Below the pieces are notes generated by a model. That model was not told the origin of the DNA, did no database searches, and saw nothing but the letters and a program-made list of their open reading frames with translations. 64,000 nucleotides of DNA from Vicinamibacteria bacterium (lineage in GTDB: Bacteria > Acidobacteriota > Vicinamibacteria > Marinacidobacterales > Marinacidobacteraceae): assembly GCA_964291235.2 (NCBI GenBank), contig OZ219815.1, forward strand, positions 160,001 to 224,000, in the 5' to 3' direction. How positions within the stretch are numbered: position 1 is the stretch's first letter; the number at the start of each line of letters is the position of its first letter. Below, in pieces: positions 17,474-26,706 of this stretch. A program made the translations under genes and the position numbers.

Positions 17474-19017
17474 CGGTCCGTCGCTCCTTTGGCCGTGGCG
17501 CGGGATCCGTCCATCGGTGCGCGGGCGATCTCGTCCGGAGGCGTCCAGGCGCCTCCCAGGGCGCGGTGAATGGCCAAACGGGCAAGAGAGAGGTTCCGTT
17601 CGGAACCCGCGAGAGCGGATTCCACCTCCAGGAGGTTCCCGGTGGCGTCCAGCAGGTCGCGGTAGCCGCCTACCCCCGACTCGTAGCGTTCTTTCTGGAG
17701 ACCCACGGAGGCTTGCGCCTCCTCCTGCTGCGCCAGCAACGATGCGCGGCGACGGCCCTCGTTCCTCAGCGTGGCAAGGGCCGCTTCCACCTCGTTCACC
17801 GCGGTCACCACCGTCTGCCCGTAGGCAGCGGCCAGTTCGTCAAAACGGAACTCGGCCAATTCGACGCCCTTCGCCAGGCGGCCGCCGTCGAACACCGGCC
17901 GAAGCAGGTTGGACGCCAGGTTCGCGAACCACTGCTGCACGTCGAACAGCCCGCCGCCATCCGTGCTCTGGAGCCCGATGGACCCACGGAGCGAGAGTTG
18001 CGGCATCAACGCCGCGCGACGCGCTTCGGCGGCGTGGCTGGCGGCCTCCAGCCGGTGTCCCGCCGCCTGGACGTCCGGCCGCTGCGACAGGAGGTCCGCC
18101 GGGATTCCGGCCGGCACAGGATCCACGGCAAGGGCGGAAGAAAGGGAATCGGGAAGGATCGCCATCACATCCTTGCGATACCCACCAAGCAGGATCGCGA
18201 GCCCGGATTCCGCCTCGGCAAGCTGGTTCTGGATTCCGGGCATTCCGGCCTCGGCGGCCGAAAGCGCCTGGCGCACGCGGTAGAGGTCGCTCGACCTCGC
18301 GAGTCCGCGTTCGTAGCGACCCCTGACCAGCCGCTCGCGCTCCTCCAGTACCTCTACCTGCCGCCGGGTGACGGTGAGTTGCCGCCGCAAATGGCCGATC
18401 TCAAAGTAAGCCGCGATCGTCTCGGCGAGGATTCCGATACGTGCGGCCTGCAGGTCGAACTCCGAGGCGAGCAGCTCGGATCCCGCGGCGAGCGCGGTGT
18501 GACGGGCGCGGCCCCAGAAATCGGCTTCGTAGGCGAAGTCGGCGCTCAGGGAATAGGTCGGGAAACCCAGCCGGTCGGGAAGCGGAAAGTCAAGGCCGAG
18601 ATCCTCGAGCTGCGCGCCAATGGCGGCGTTGGTCGGCACGTCGAAAGCATCGACCCCGGCGCGGGCTCCGACCACCGGCAGGATCGCCGCGTCGGCCAGC
18701 CGAGCCCGCGTCCTGGCCTGTTCGACCCGGGCCACCGCTTCCGCGACGGAAAAGTTGGAAGCGAGCACCGATTCGACCACCTGGTCGAGCGCCGGATCGG
18801 CGAAGGCCCGCCACCACTCCTGCGCCCGGTAGGGGCCGGCGCCGGGAGTCTCGACGAAGTCGCTCGGCAACTCCGGAGCCGCCTCCTGCGCTGGGGCCGG
18901 AGGAGCGGATCCGGAGACCAGGGAGCAACTGCCGACACCGCCGCCGACCAGGAACACGAAGCCCCAGGCGACGCCGATGGACGCCTGGATCTTCTGGCTG
19001 TTCAATCCGAGCAACAC
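17470..19017 (-). CDS. Outer membrane efflux protein (NodT/OprM family)
   Basis: WWRAFADPALD, YEADFWGR, PADLLSQRPDV, FDGGRL, RALGGAW; ATGA overlap with the MFP gene; GGAGGAGG before GTG. Confidence 0.92.
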   Translation of the reverse strand: MLLGLNSQKIQASIGVAWGFVFLVGGGVGSCSLVSGSAPPAPAQEAAPELPSDFVETPGAGPYRAQEWWRAFADPALDQVVESVLASNFSVAEAVARVEQARTRARLADAAILPVVGARAGVDAFDVPTNAAIGAQLEDLGLDFPLPDRLGFPTYSLSADFAYEADFWGRARHTALAAGSELLASEFDLQAARIGILAETIAAYFEIGHLRRQLTVTRRQVEVLEERERLVRGRYERGLARSSDLYRVRQALSAAEAGMPGIQNQLAEAESGLAILLGGYRKDVMAILPDSLSSALAVDPVPAGIPADLLSQRPDVQAAGHRLEAASHAAEARRAALMPQLSLRGSIGLQSTDGGGLFDVQQWFANLASNLLRPVFDGGRLAKGVELAEFRFDELAAAYGQTVVTAVNEVEAALATLRNEGRRRASLLAQQEEAQASVGLQKERYESGVGGYRDLLDATGNLLEVESALAGSERNLSLARLAIHRALGGAWTPPDEIARAPMDGSRATAKGATDR

Positions 19018-19039
19018 GCCTCCTCCGGACCTGAACCCG

Positions 19040-19068
19040 AGTTTATTCCAGAGGGGGCACGGCTCGAA
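19040..19068 (-). promoter_or_regulatory. Putative sigma70-type promoter for the OMF-MFP-Rieske unit
   Basis: TTCGAG-N17-TAAACT on the minus strand shortly upstream of the OMF RBS. Confidence 0.35.
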
Positions 19069-19095
19069 ACGAGATCGGCCGGCGCGGCGGGACGA

Positions 19096-20811
19096 TCACC
19101 AGCCGGCGGCGTGGCCCTCGCGCCGTTTGTCGGGTCCGCCGGAGAGGACTCCCGAACCGGGATAGATCTTGATCGCGTTCAGCATTCCGATCCGGTTCGG
19201 CGGCTGTCGGAGACGGTGGCCCCGGGCGTTCAGAGCCTCCCGCACCTCGTCGGAGAAGTCCTTTTCCAGGACGAGATCGGTTCCGTCCATGTACGGAATC
19301 GAGTTCGCCAGGTAGCGGACCACGAAACGCGGCGCGTCCACCGCCGCCGGCGCGTCCATCTCGTAATCCAGCGCTCGCACCAGCACCTGCACGATGGTCT
19401 GGGGAATCGTCCAGCCTCCCGCCGATCCGAGCGCGAAGTAGGGCTTGCCGTAGCGGGTCACGATGGTGGGGCTCATCACGAAGCGCGGCCGCTGACCACC
19501 CTCGATGACGTTCACGTCCTCGGTATCCAGGCTGAAGTAGGACATGCCGTTGTTGAAGATGATCCCGGTCTCGGGCACCACCACTCCCGCCGGAAGCATG
19601 AGCGTCTGGGTGATCGTCACCACGTTGTGGTCCTTGTCCACCACGGTGTGGTGGGTGGTGTGCTCGACCGCGGTGGGCAGGTCGTTCGTGGAGTGGACCG
19701 CCGCGTGAAACCGGGCGCGCGACGGGTCGATCCGGGCCGCCTGTTCGGCCGCGTATTCCTTGGAGAGCAGCCGGTCGAGCGGGATCCGGGCGTAGTCCTT
19801 CCCGGTGTTGTAGGCGTCCTCGTCCACGAAGGCGAGCTTCATGGCCTCCGAGACCAGGTGGACGAACTCCTCGGAGTTGTGTTCGAGCGCCGGCACATCG
19901 AACTGCTCGAGGATGTTCAGCGTCTGGAGAACGGTCATCCCCGAGCCGCCCGGCGGCTGGCTGTAAACCGTGTGGCCCCGGTAGGTAGTCGAGAGCGGTT
20001 CGCTCCAGCGAGCCCGATAGTTCTGGAAGTCCTCCACGGTGAGGATGCCGCCGTTTTGTCGGAAAAAGTCCACGACGGTCTCCGCCAGCCTTCCGCCGTA
20101 GAACACTTCCGGCCCGTCCGCGGCGATCGCCCTGAAGGTCTTCGCCAGGTCGGGCTGTTTCAGGATCTCGCCCACCGGCCAGGGCTTGCCGGCCTCGAAG
20201 AAGATGCTGGCGCCGTAGGGGTAGCGCGCCACGTCGGCGCCGAACCCACTGGTTCCAAAGGAGCCGTTCACCGCGGGGGTGACCGCAAAACCCCCCTCGG
20301 CGTATTCGATCGCCGGAGCCAGGACTTCGGCCCAGGACATCGAGCCGTACTCCTCGAGAAGCGCCGTCCAGCCGGCGAGGTTTCCGGGAACGAGCGGCGC
20401 CAGGAAGCTGTCGCGGGCGGGGTGGGTCCGGTCCCAGAGCTGGCTCCCCGCGGTAAACGCTTCGGGATCCGCCGCCGCTGGAGCCGCGCCGATGAAGTCC
20501 ACCGACCGGATGTCCCCCGTTTTTGCGTCGTGGATCAGGGCGTAGCCCCCGACGCCGCCGAGCCCGGACATCAGCGGTTCCACGACCGCTTTCACGGCCG
20601 CGCTCGCCACCGCGGCGTCGAAGGCGTTCCCGCCTGCCTGGAGCATGCGAAGCCCGGCCTGCGCCGCGAGCGGATGAGAGGTCACCACCATCCCGTTGAC
20701 GCTCATCCCGGCGCCTTCGGCGGGCTCGCGTAGCGAGGACGCGAGCAGCAGCGGGAGCCCCAGCAGCGGAGCCGCCCAGATGAGGGAGATTCGCCGTTTC
20801 GCGCGCATCAT
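19096..20811 (-). CDS. ggt: Gamma-glutamyltransferase
   Basis: GMVVTSHPLA, GGNAFDAAV, QPPGGSG, HTTH Thr nucleophile, FNNGM, GSAGG, DKRREG; signal peptide after ATG20811. Confidence 0.92.
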   Translation of the reverse strand: MMRAKRRISLIWAAPLLGLPLLLASSLREPAEGAGMSVNGMVVTSHPLAAQAGLRMLQAGGNAFDAAVASAAVKAVVEPLMSGLGGVGGYALIHDAKTGDIRSVDFIGAAPAAADPEAFTAGSQLWDRTHPARDSFLAPLVPGNLAGWTALLEEYGSMSWAEVLAPAIEYAEGGFAVTPAVNGSFGTSGFGADVARYPYGASIFFEAGKPWPVGEILKQPDLAKTFRAIAADGPEVFYGGRLAETVVDFFRQNGGILTVEDFQNYRARWSEPLSTTYRGHTVYSQPPGGSGMTVLQTLNILEQFDVPALEHNSEEFVHLVSEAMKLAFVDEDAYNTGKDYARIPLDRLLSKEYAAEQAARIDPSRARFHAAVHSTNDLPTAVEHTTHHTVVDKDHNVVTITQTLMLPAGVVVPETGIIFNNGMSYFSLDTEDVNVIEGGQRPRFVMSPTIVTRYGKPYFALGSAGGWTIPQTIVQVLVRALDYEMDAPAAVDAPRFVVRYLANSIPYMDGTDLVLEKDFSDEVREALNARGHRLRQPPNRIGMLNAIKIYPGSGVLSGGPDKRREGHAAGW

Positions 20812-20908
20812 TCCGCCTCCTCCTGGAGAGAGCCGCCGGGAAGCTCCCGAAACGGCCGATGGTCCATCATAAGCACCTGGCGGAGGTGAGTAAGGATTCA
20901 CCCGACCG

Positions 20909-21577
20909 ATGCTTGCCCTGATTCTCTTCACTCTCCTGGTGCAGACCTCCCCCGTGTACGAAGTCCGCCGAGTCGCGGTCGAGGACGCCGCGCTCCTGGC
21001 CGCGGACGGACGGGAGTGGGATGGCGCCCGGGAGATCGGCTGGGGACCGGAGCCCTACCGCACGCGGTTCCGCGCGCTGTGGAACGAGCGCGGCCTCCAC
21101 CTGCGCTTCGAGTCCGAGGACGACGCGCCGTGGTTCACCATGACGAAGCGCGATGACCCGCTCTGGGAGGAAGAGGTGGTCGAGATCTTCCTCGACCCGC
21201 TGGGCGACGGACGCTACGTCGAAGTGGAGCTGAACCCGGCGAATGTGGTCTGTGACCTCCGGCGGCTCGGTCCGGACGAAACTGCTTCCGACCCCATCGG
21301 ACCCATGGATCGCGGCTTCTCGGTAGCCGGCATGGAGACCGCGGTCTCCACGTCGGAGGACCGCTGGACAGGAACTCTCTTCCTGCCGTGGGAGGGCCTC
21401 GGCCTGTCCGGCCCTCCCCGCCCCGGCATCGAAATTCCCTTCAACGTCTTCCGTATCAAGCGTCCGGGCGGACCCGAGGCGCCGGAGGCGGGGGCCGTCT
21501 TCGCCGCCTGGTCGCCGACGGGCAGTCCGAGCTTCCACGTTCCGGAAGCATTCCGCCCGCTGCGCTTCGTTCCGTGA
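20909..21577 (+). CDS. Carbohydrate-binding family 9-like (CBM9-like) protein
   Basis: RALWNERGLHLRF, RDDPLWEEEVVEIFLDP, FNVFR, AWSPTG..SFHVP. Confidence 0.75.
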   Translation: MLALILFTLLVQTSPVYEVRRVAVEDAALLAADGREWDGAREIGWGPEPYRTRFRALWNERGLHLRFESEDDAPWFTMTKRDDPLWEEEVVEIFLDPLGDGRYVEVELNPANVVCDLRRLGPDETASDPIGPMDRGFSVAGMETAVSTSEDRWTGTLFLPWEGLGLSGPPRPGIEIPFNVFRIKRPGGPEAPEAGAVFAAWSPTGSPSFHVPEAFRPLRFVP

Positions 21578-21641
21578 TCCACAAACCGGGTCTCGCGCGT
21601 AGCGGGCGCCATCGGGGATAGCCTCTCCCCGCTCACGTGAG

Positions 21642-24587
21642 GTGACTAAGATGTTCTTCCCACGACCGGGGATCCGGAGAACCACAGTTTTCCTGCTGGC
21701 GATTGCCGTTTCGGCTCCCGTGGCCGCCCAGGAGGCGGTGCGCGTCTGGGAGGGAGAACTGACCCTCCCGACCTACGCCCTGCTACCCGACGATCCGAAC
21801 CCGCAGTTCCGGGAGACCGACGGTTCCATCGTCTATCCGTACACGATGCAGGACAACCTCGGGACCGAGCGGGCGGAGCACACCTGGCGCGCCATCTTCA
21901 TCGAGAACGAATACCTCAAGGTGGCCTGCCTCCCCGAGATCGGAGGCCGCATCCAGTGGGTCCTCGACAAGCGCGAGAACGAACAGATGTTCTACAACAA
22001 CCGGGTCATCCGGCCCGGCCTGATCGCGCTGCGCGGGGCCTGGGTCTCGGGCGGGATCGAGTGGAACCGCGGCCCCCAGGGCCACACCGTCACCAGCTAT
22101 TCGCCGGTCAACGTCACCGGCGTCCAGAACGAGGACGGGTCGGCGACCCTGGTGATCGGGGAAATCGAGCAGACCTTCCGGACCGGCTGGGAAGTTCGCC
22201 TCACGCTCCGTCCCGGGGTGGCCCGGCTCGACCAGGAGATCTCGATCTTCAACCCTACCGACCTCCCCCACCCGTACTACTTCTGGAACAACACCGCCTT
22301 CCCCCAGCGGGACGGCACCCGTTTCATCTACCCCATGTCGCTCGCCTCCGACCACTTCGGGACCACCTTCTACCGCTTCCCGGAGGATGACGGGGTAGAC
22401 ATGACCCGCCTTCCCAACTACCCCGAACCGACGTCCATCTTCGCCTACCGGGCGGTTCACGACTTCTTCGGGGCCTACGACTCGGGGGACGACCGCGGAA
22501 TCGTCCAGACCGCCGACCACCGGGAGCTTCCCGGCAAGAAAGGCTGGACCTGGGGACAGGGGGACGACGGGATGATGAACCAGCGCGCCCTCACCGACGA
22601 GGACGGTCCCTACATCGAGGTGCAGAGCGGGCCGCTGCCCACCCAGTCGGACTACGCCTGGGTGTATCCGAGCCAGGAGGTCGCCTGGCGCGAGCAGTGG
22701 ACCCCGGTCTTCGGGCTCGGCGAGGGCTTCGAGTTCGCGACTCCCGATGTGGTGGTCGAACGGGTGAACGACGACCGCGGAACCCGGTTCCTGCTCCTGG
22801 CCACCCGGGGGTTGCCCGGGGCGACCGTGCGGCTGAGCGGCGGCGGGACGACGCACTCCGAAACGCTGGACCTGACCCCGGAGGCGGTCGCGACGGTGGA
22901 ATGGCCCGGCAGCGGGGGCGGCTCGATCGAGGTCACGGTGACCGCCGGCGAGCGAAGCGTGCTCTCCTACCGTTCGCCGCTGGAAATCCCGGTCGAGACT
23001 CCTCCGCAGCTCGCCGAAGCCGTGGAACCCGCAAACGCCGAGGAGGCGTTTCAGGCGGCGGAGCGGGCCGACAAGGATCTCAACCGGGCGGAGGCGCGCC
23101 GCCTCTACGAGCGCGCCCTCGCGTTCGCCCCCGAACACGCGGATGCCGGGGTCGGACTGGCCGTGATGGACCTGAAGGCGGGGCTCTACGAGAGCGCGTC
23201 CGATCGACTCGCGACCGTCACCGCCGCGGATCCCGAACACGGTTTCGCACGCTTCCTCCAGGCGGTGGCCCGCTACCGGCTCGGCGATGCGGAAGGCGCC
23301 CTCGATTCGGCCTACCTGGCCACCAAGCTCTCCGGAGCGGAGGGCCCGGCCTGGCGGCTGATCGGGCGTATCAAGGCCCGGCAGGGAGACGGCCGAGAGG
23401 CCGCCGCGGCCCTCCGCGGGTCCGCCCCCGAACTGCTGCCACTGGCCCTCCTCCGCGCCGGGGCCACCGAGCGAGCAGCGGAACTGGCCGACCGCGCGAT
23501 CGAGCGGGGCACCGTGGAACTCATTCCCTGGGCGGTCCGGCTCCACGTCGCGGACGGAGCGGGACGGGTCGAAGCGGCGGGGGCGATGGCGGCCCTCGCG
23601 GGCGAGCCCGAGTTCGCCTTCACCGAGCTGCTGCTGACGCTGGCGGAATTCGGACTCTCCGACGTGGCCCTCGAGGTGCTCGAAGGGCTGCGGAAGGACG
23701 CCGGGTTCGATCCCGGACCGGTCCTCCTCTTCCACGCGGCCACCTGGGCCGACGGCGAGCCGGCGGAGCTCTACCGCGAGCAGGCGCTTGCCGCCCGGCT
23801 CGACTACGCGTTCCCTTCGCGGCCCGAGTCACTGCCGGTGCTGCGGTCCGCGGCGGAGCACCTTCCGGCGTCGGCCACCCCCCGGCTACTGCTCGGCCAC
23901 CTGCTCGCCGGTCTCGGACGCTATGAGGATGCGACCGCGGCCTGGGAGACCGCAACCGCACTGGATCCCAAGCTCTCGACCGCCCACCGCGCACTCGGCA
24001 TGGTCCACTGGAAGCTCGGAGGACGGGCGGCCGACGCCGAGAGCCGCTTCCGCCAGGCGATCGCAGCCCGGCCCGCCGACCAGACCCTCTACCGCGATCT
24101 CGCCCGGCTGCTGCTCGACGAAGGACGGCCCGCGGACGCCGTGGACGCCCTCGGGATGATTCCCACGGGCGCCCGTCGGCGTCATGACGTCACCATCGAA
24201 ACTGCCCGGGCGCTCAACGCCACCGGACGGTTCTCCGAGACGGTCGCGATGCTGGCGGCGACGAGGATCAACTTCCGGGAGGGGGACGCCACGGTCTGGC
24301 AGTTGTTCTCGCGTGCCGAGATCGAACTTGGCCGGCGGACACTCGCGGCGGGAGACGCGGAAACCGCGCTCGGCCACTTCGACCGGGCGCTCACCTATCC
24401 CGAAAACCTCGGTGTCGGGCGTCCGCACCGCGCCCAGGAGGCGCGGGCGCTCTGGTTCCGCGCCGAGGCGTTGACCGCCCTCGACCGGTTCGACGAGGCC
24501 GCCGTCGCCCTCACCCGCTGCGCGGAGAACGCGCCGCTGAGCACCGAGCAGGATCACTTCATCGCCCGCTGCGCGGCAGCCCGGTAA
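21642..24587 (+). CDS. DUF5107 domain + TPR repeat protein
   Basis: ENEYLKV..LPEIGGRI, GAWVSGGIEWN, PGKKGWTWG, GPYIEVQSG; Ala-rich TPRs; YPENLGVG; start may be ATG21651. Confidence 0.85.
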   Translation: MTKMFFPRPGIRRTTVFLLAIAVSAPVAAQEAVRVWEGELTLPTYALLPDDPNPQFRETDGSIVYPYTMQDNLGTERAEHTWRAIFIENEYLKVACLPEIGGRIQWVLDKRENEQMFYNNRVIRPGLIALRGAWVSGGIEWNRGPQGHTVTSYSPVNVTGVQNEDGSATLVIGEIEQTFRTGWEVRLTLRPGVARLDQEISIFNPTDLPHPYYFWNNTAFPQRDGTRFIYPMSLASDHFGTTFYRFPEDDGVDMTRLPNYPEPTSIFAYRAVHDFFGAYDSGDDRGIVQTADHRELPGKKGWTWGQGDDGMMNQRALTDEDGPYIEVQSGPLPTQSDYAWVYPSQEVAWREQWTPVFGLGEGFEFATPDVVVERVNDDRGTRFLLLATRGLPGATVRLSGGGTTHSETLDLTPEAVATVEWPGSGGGSIEVTVTAGERSVLSYRSPLEIPVETPPQLAEAVEPANAEEAFQAAERADKDLNRAEARRLYERALAFAPEHADAGVGLAVMDLKAGLYESASDRLATVTAADPEHGFARFLQAVARYRLGDAEGALDSAYLATKLSGAEGPAWRLIGRIKARQGDGREAAAALRGSAPELLPLALLRAGATERAAELADRAIERGTVELIPWAVRLHVADGAGRVEAAGAMAALAGEPEFAFTELLLTLAEFGLSDVALEVLEGLRKDAGFDPGPVLLFHAATWADGEPAELYREQALAARLDYAFPSRPESLPVLRSAAEHLPASATPRLLLGHLLAGLGRYEDATAAWETATALDPKLSTAHRALGMVHWKLGGRAADAESRFRQAIAARPADQTLYRDLARLLLDEGRPADAVDALGMIPTGARRRHDVTIETARALNATGRFSETVAMLAATRINFREGDATVWQLFSRAEIELGRRTLAAGDAETALGHFDRALTYPENLGVGRPHRAQEARALWFRAEALTALDRFDEAAVALTRCAENAPLSTEQDHFIARCAAAR

Positions 24588-24648
24588 AGCCAGGTTCGGC
24601 ATCCGGCTTGCTCGCCGTGTCTCACGGTTTCCGAGGACATTCCAGCCG

Positions 24649-25779
24649 ATGATCGCGAGCGACTCGCACCCGCAACGGTCCTCAACCCGGCGACGCTTCA
24701 GCTCCGGCCGCAGGAGGAGGTTCACTACCCTGGCGCTCGCGATGCTGATCGCGCCGTGGGGCGACGCCCACGGCTACCGTTTCTTCCGGCCGACCGTGGA
24801 CCATCCGATCATTCCGGTAGCGGCGGACGGTGTCCGCTGGAGTGCCGAAGTCTGGGGCCCCTTCCAGACCCTTGCCTGGGTCGTTTCCGATTCCCCGGGG
24901 TGGACCGAACCGTGGGTGGATCCGGATGAGGAGACCCAGGATCCGCCCTTCGCGAGCCGGGAAGAGGCGGTTCCCTACATCGAAGCGGCGCTCGACGCCT
25001 GGTCGGACATTCCCACCGCCGCCATCCGATGGAGGGTGGCCGGCTTGGGTCCCGAGCTGCATCGGGAGCGCGAGCGCATCAATGCGGTGCGGGTCCACAA
25101 CCGGGACAGTTCCGCCTCCTACGCGGCGTTATTCATCCGGGGCGGCGAGCTGGTCGAGTGCGACGTCAACCTGTCACCCCGGCACGTCGCCCACTTCGAT
25201 TCCTGGGGAATGAACGTCCTGATCCATGAATTCGGACACTGCTTGGGTCTCGGCCATTCCGGAATGTTCCCCACCTGGGACAGCAGTTGGCGGCGCCGCA
25301 ACTTCGAGTCGGCGGTCTGGCGACAGGATCCCAAGATGTCCTACGGGGGGGATCGCGACCACGAACTCACCGACGACGACGCCGTCGCCGCGTCGCTGTT
25401 GCGGCCGGCCGCCGGGTTCATCGAGGGGACCGGGAGCATCGGGGGACGGGTGATGCTCGACGGCGAGCCGGCGCGATTCGCGCGGGTGGTCGCCACCCGG
25501 ATTTCCGCGGACGGCCTGGGCTTCACGGTGAACGCCTTTACCGATCGCGAGGGAGAGTTCCTGATCGAAGGACTGCGGCCCGGAGACTACCTGCTCGCCG
25601 CCGGCACCATGGTCCTGGGGAGCGCCCATGGCTCGCTCCTCGATGCCGGCGCCGCGACCCGGGCCGATGACCAGTACTTTCTCCGCCCGCTGGCCGTCAC
25701 CAGCGGGGGCGTGACGCGGGCGCCACCGGTTTCCCTGCGCGGCGGCCGGGCGGTTTCGCTTCTGGAGGAACCGCGTTGA
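24649..25779 (+). CDS. Matrixin/metzincin-like zinc metalloprotease with C-terminal carboxypeptidase-regulatory-like domain
   Basis: HEFGHCLGLGH zinc motif, Met-turn PKMSY, GSIGGRV...GEFLIEGLRPGDY. Confidence 0.8.
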   Translation: MIASDSHPQRSSTRRRFSSGRRRRFTTLALAMLIAPWGDAHGYRFFRPTVDHPIIPVAADGVRWSAEVWGPFQTLAWVVSDSPGWTEPWVDPDEETQDPPFASREEAVPYIEAALDAWSDIPTAAIRWRVAGLGPELHRERERINAVRVHNRDSSASYAALFIRGGELVECDVNLSPRHVAHFDSWGMNVLIHEFGHCLGLGHSGMFPTWDSSWRRRNFESAVWRQDPKMSYGGDRDHELTDDDAVAASLLRPAAGFIEGTGSIGGRVMLDGEPARFARVVATRISADGLGFTVNAFTDREGEFLIEGLRPGDYLLAAGTMVLGSAHGSLLDAGAATRADDQYFLRPLAVTSGGVTRAPPVSLRGGRAVSLLEEPR

Positions 25780-26612
25780 GGCGCACGCTCGGAGCTGCCG
25801 CCCTCGCCATCATCCTTGCGGGTTGCGACGAAGGCCCGACCCGCACGCCTACGGCGCCACCGCCGGCACCCCCGCCTCCTCCTCCCTTCAGCGCTTCCTT
25901 CACCGCAGGCGCACTTGAAGTTCGGGAAGGAGAAACCCTGACGGTCGCAATCGAGTACCGCGTGCGCGAACTGACCTCCTCGACGGCCCTCGGAATCAGC
26001 ACCCGTCCGGATAGCGCGTCCCCGGAGGACTTTGCGTTCGACGCGGCGACAGTCGTGATTCCGGCGGGAGAGGACATCTCCGGAGTGGCTTCCGTTGAGA
26101 TCAGGGCGCTCACCGATTCCCTCTTCGCTGAAGGGGAGGAAGTTCTCGCCCTCGCTTTCGCACCCACCGGCGCCGCGTCGAGCGCCACTCTCGGCGACCC
26201 GGTCGCGGTCACGATCGTCGAGGCGGGGGCGTCACCCTGTCCCGGAGTCACGATCCGGGCCGAACCCTGGCGGCAGGAGGAATGGCGCGAGTCCCGGGAT
26301 TCGACCATGCTGGCCTCGACCCTCGGAATCGATCTGGCCGCCGGGGCGCTGGATACCCGCTTCGAGCTGATCGGCCCCTACCACGACCTCTACGAGGGCG
26401 GGAGCACCCCACGGTCCATCCCCACGTTCGGCATCGGCGCCTGGCAGGTTCACGCCATGACCGCCGGCATCCGTCACGAACTGCAGATCAACTGGCCGGG
26501 GGAGTCCTGGTTCGAGGAGGAGACCTCCCTCCAGTTCCGTTTCCTGGGGCCGGCCTGTTCCGGCGAACCCATCGCCTCCTGTTCCAGCGAGTCCTGCGAA
26601 GTCCTCCCCTGA
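25776..26612 (+). CDS. Lipoprotein with Calx-beta-like domain
   Basis: Lipobox ILAGC, Pro-rich linker, SF....VREGE...DF...V.IPAG...D...EGEE pattern; 4-bp overlap with the protease gene. Confidence 0.65.
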   Translation: MRRTLGAAALAIILAGCDEGPTRTPTAPPPAPPPPPPFSASFTAGALEVREGETLTVAIEYRVRELTSSTALGISTRPDSASPEDFAFDAATVVIPAGEDISGVASVEIRALTDSLFAEGEEVLALAFAPTGAASSATLGDPVAVTIVEAGASPCPGVTIRAEPWRQEEWRESRDSTMLASTLGIDLAAGALDTRFELIGPYHDLYEGGSTPRSIPTFGIGAWQVHAMTAGIRHELQINWPGESWFEEETSLQFRFLGPACSGEPIASCSSESCEVLP

Positions 26613-26706
26613 CACCTTCCTGACGAGCCCCGGTTTGGGACACCCCGAACCGGGACTCCCCGGGGAACGGTCCGGGGAAGCAGTTCCGGCGATATGCTCC
26701 GAACCC

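Noticed and set aside
16158-17585. N-terminal 476 aa of the 818-aa ORF, suggesting a large Rieske fusion
   Set aside because: It is an alternative frame over the MFP gene; Rieske homology starts at ATG16157
7170-19017. De novo sterol biosynthesis cluster or standard steroid degradation cluster
   Set aside because: No squalene epoxidase, oxidosqualene cyclase or CYP51 motif (the I-helix lacks AGxHTS), and no kstD, kshB or hsa genes in the window
17080-20733. 1217-aa plus-strand ORF
   Set aside because: Antisense shadow of the MFP/OMF/ggt genes; Arg/Gly/Pro-rich with no motifs, typical of high-GC DNA
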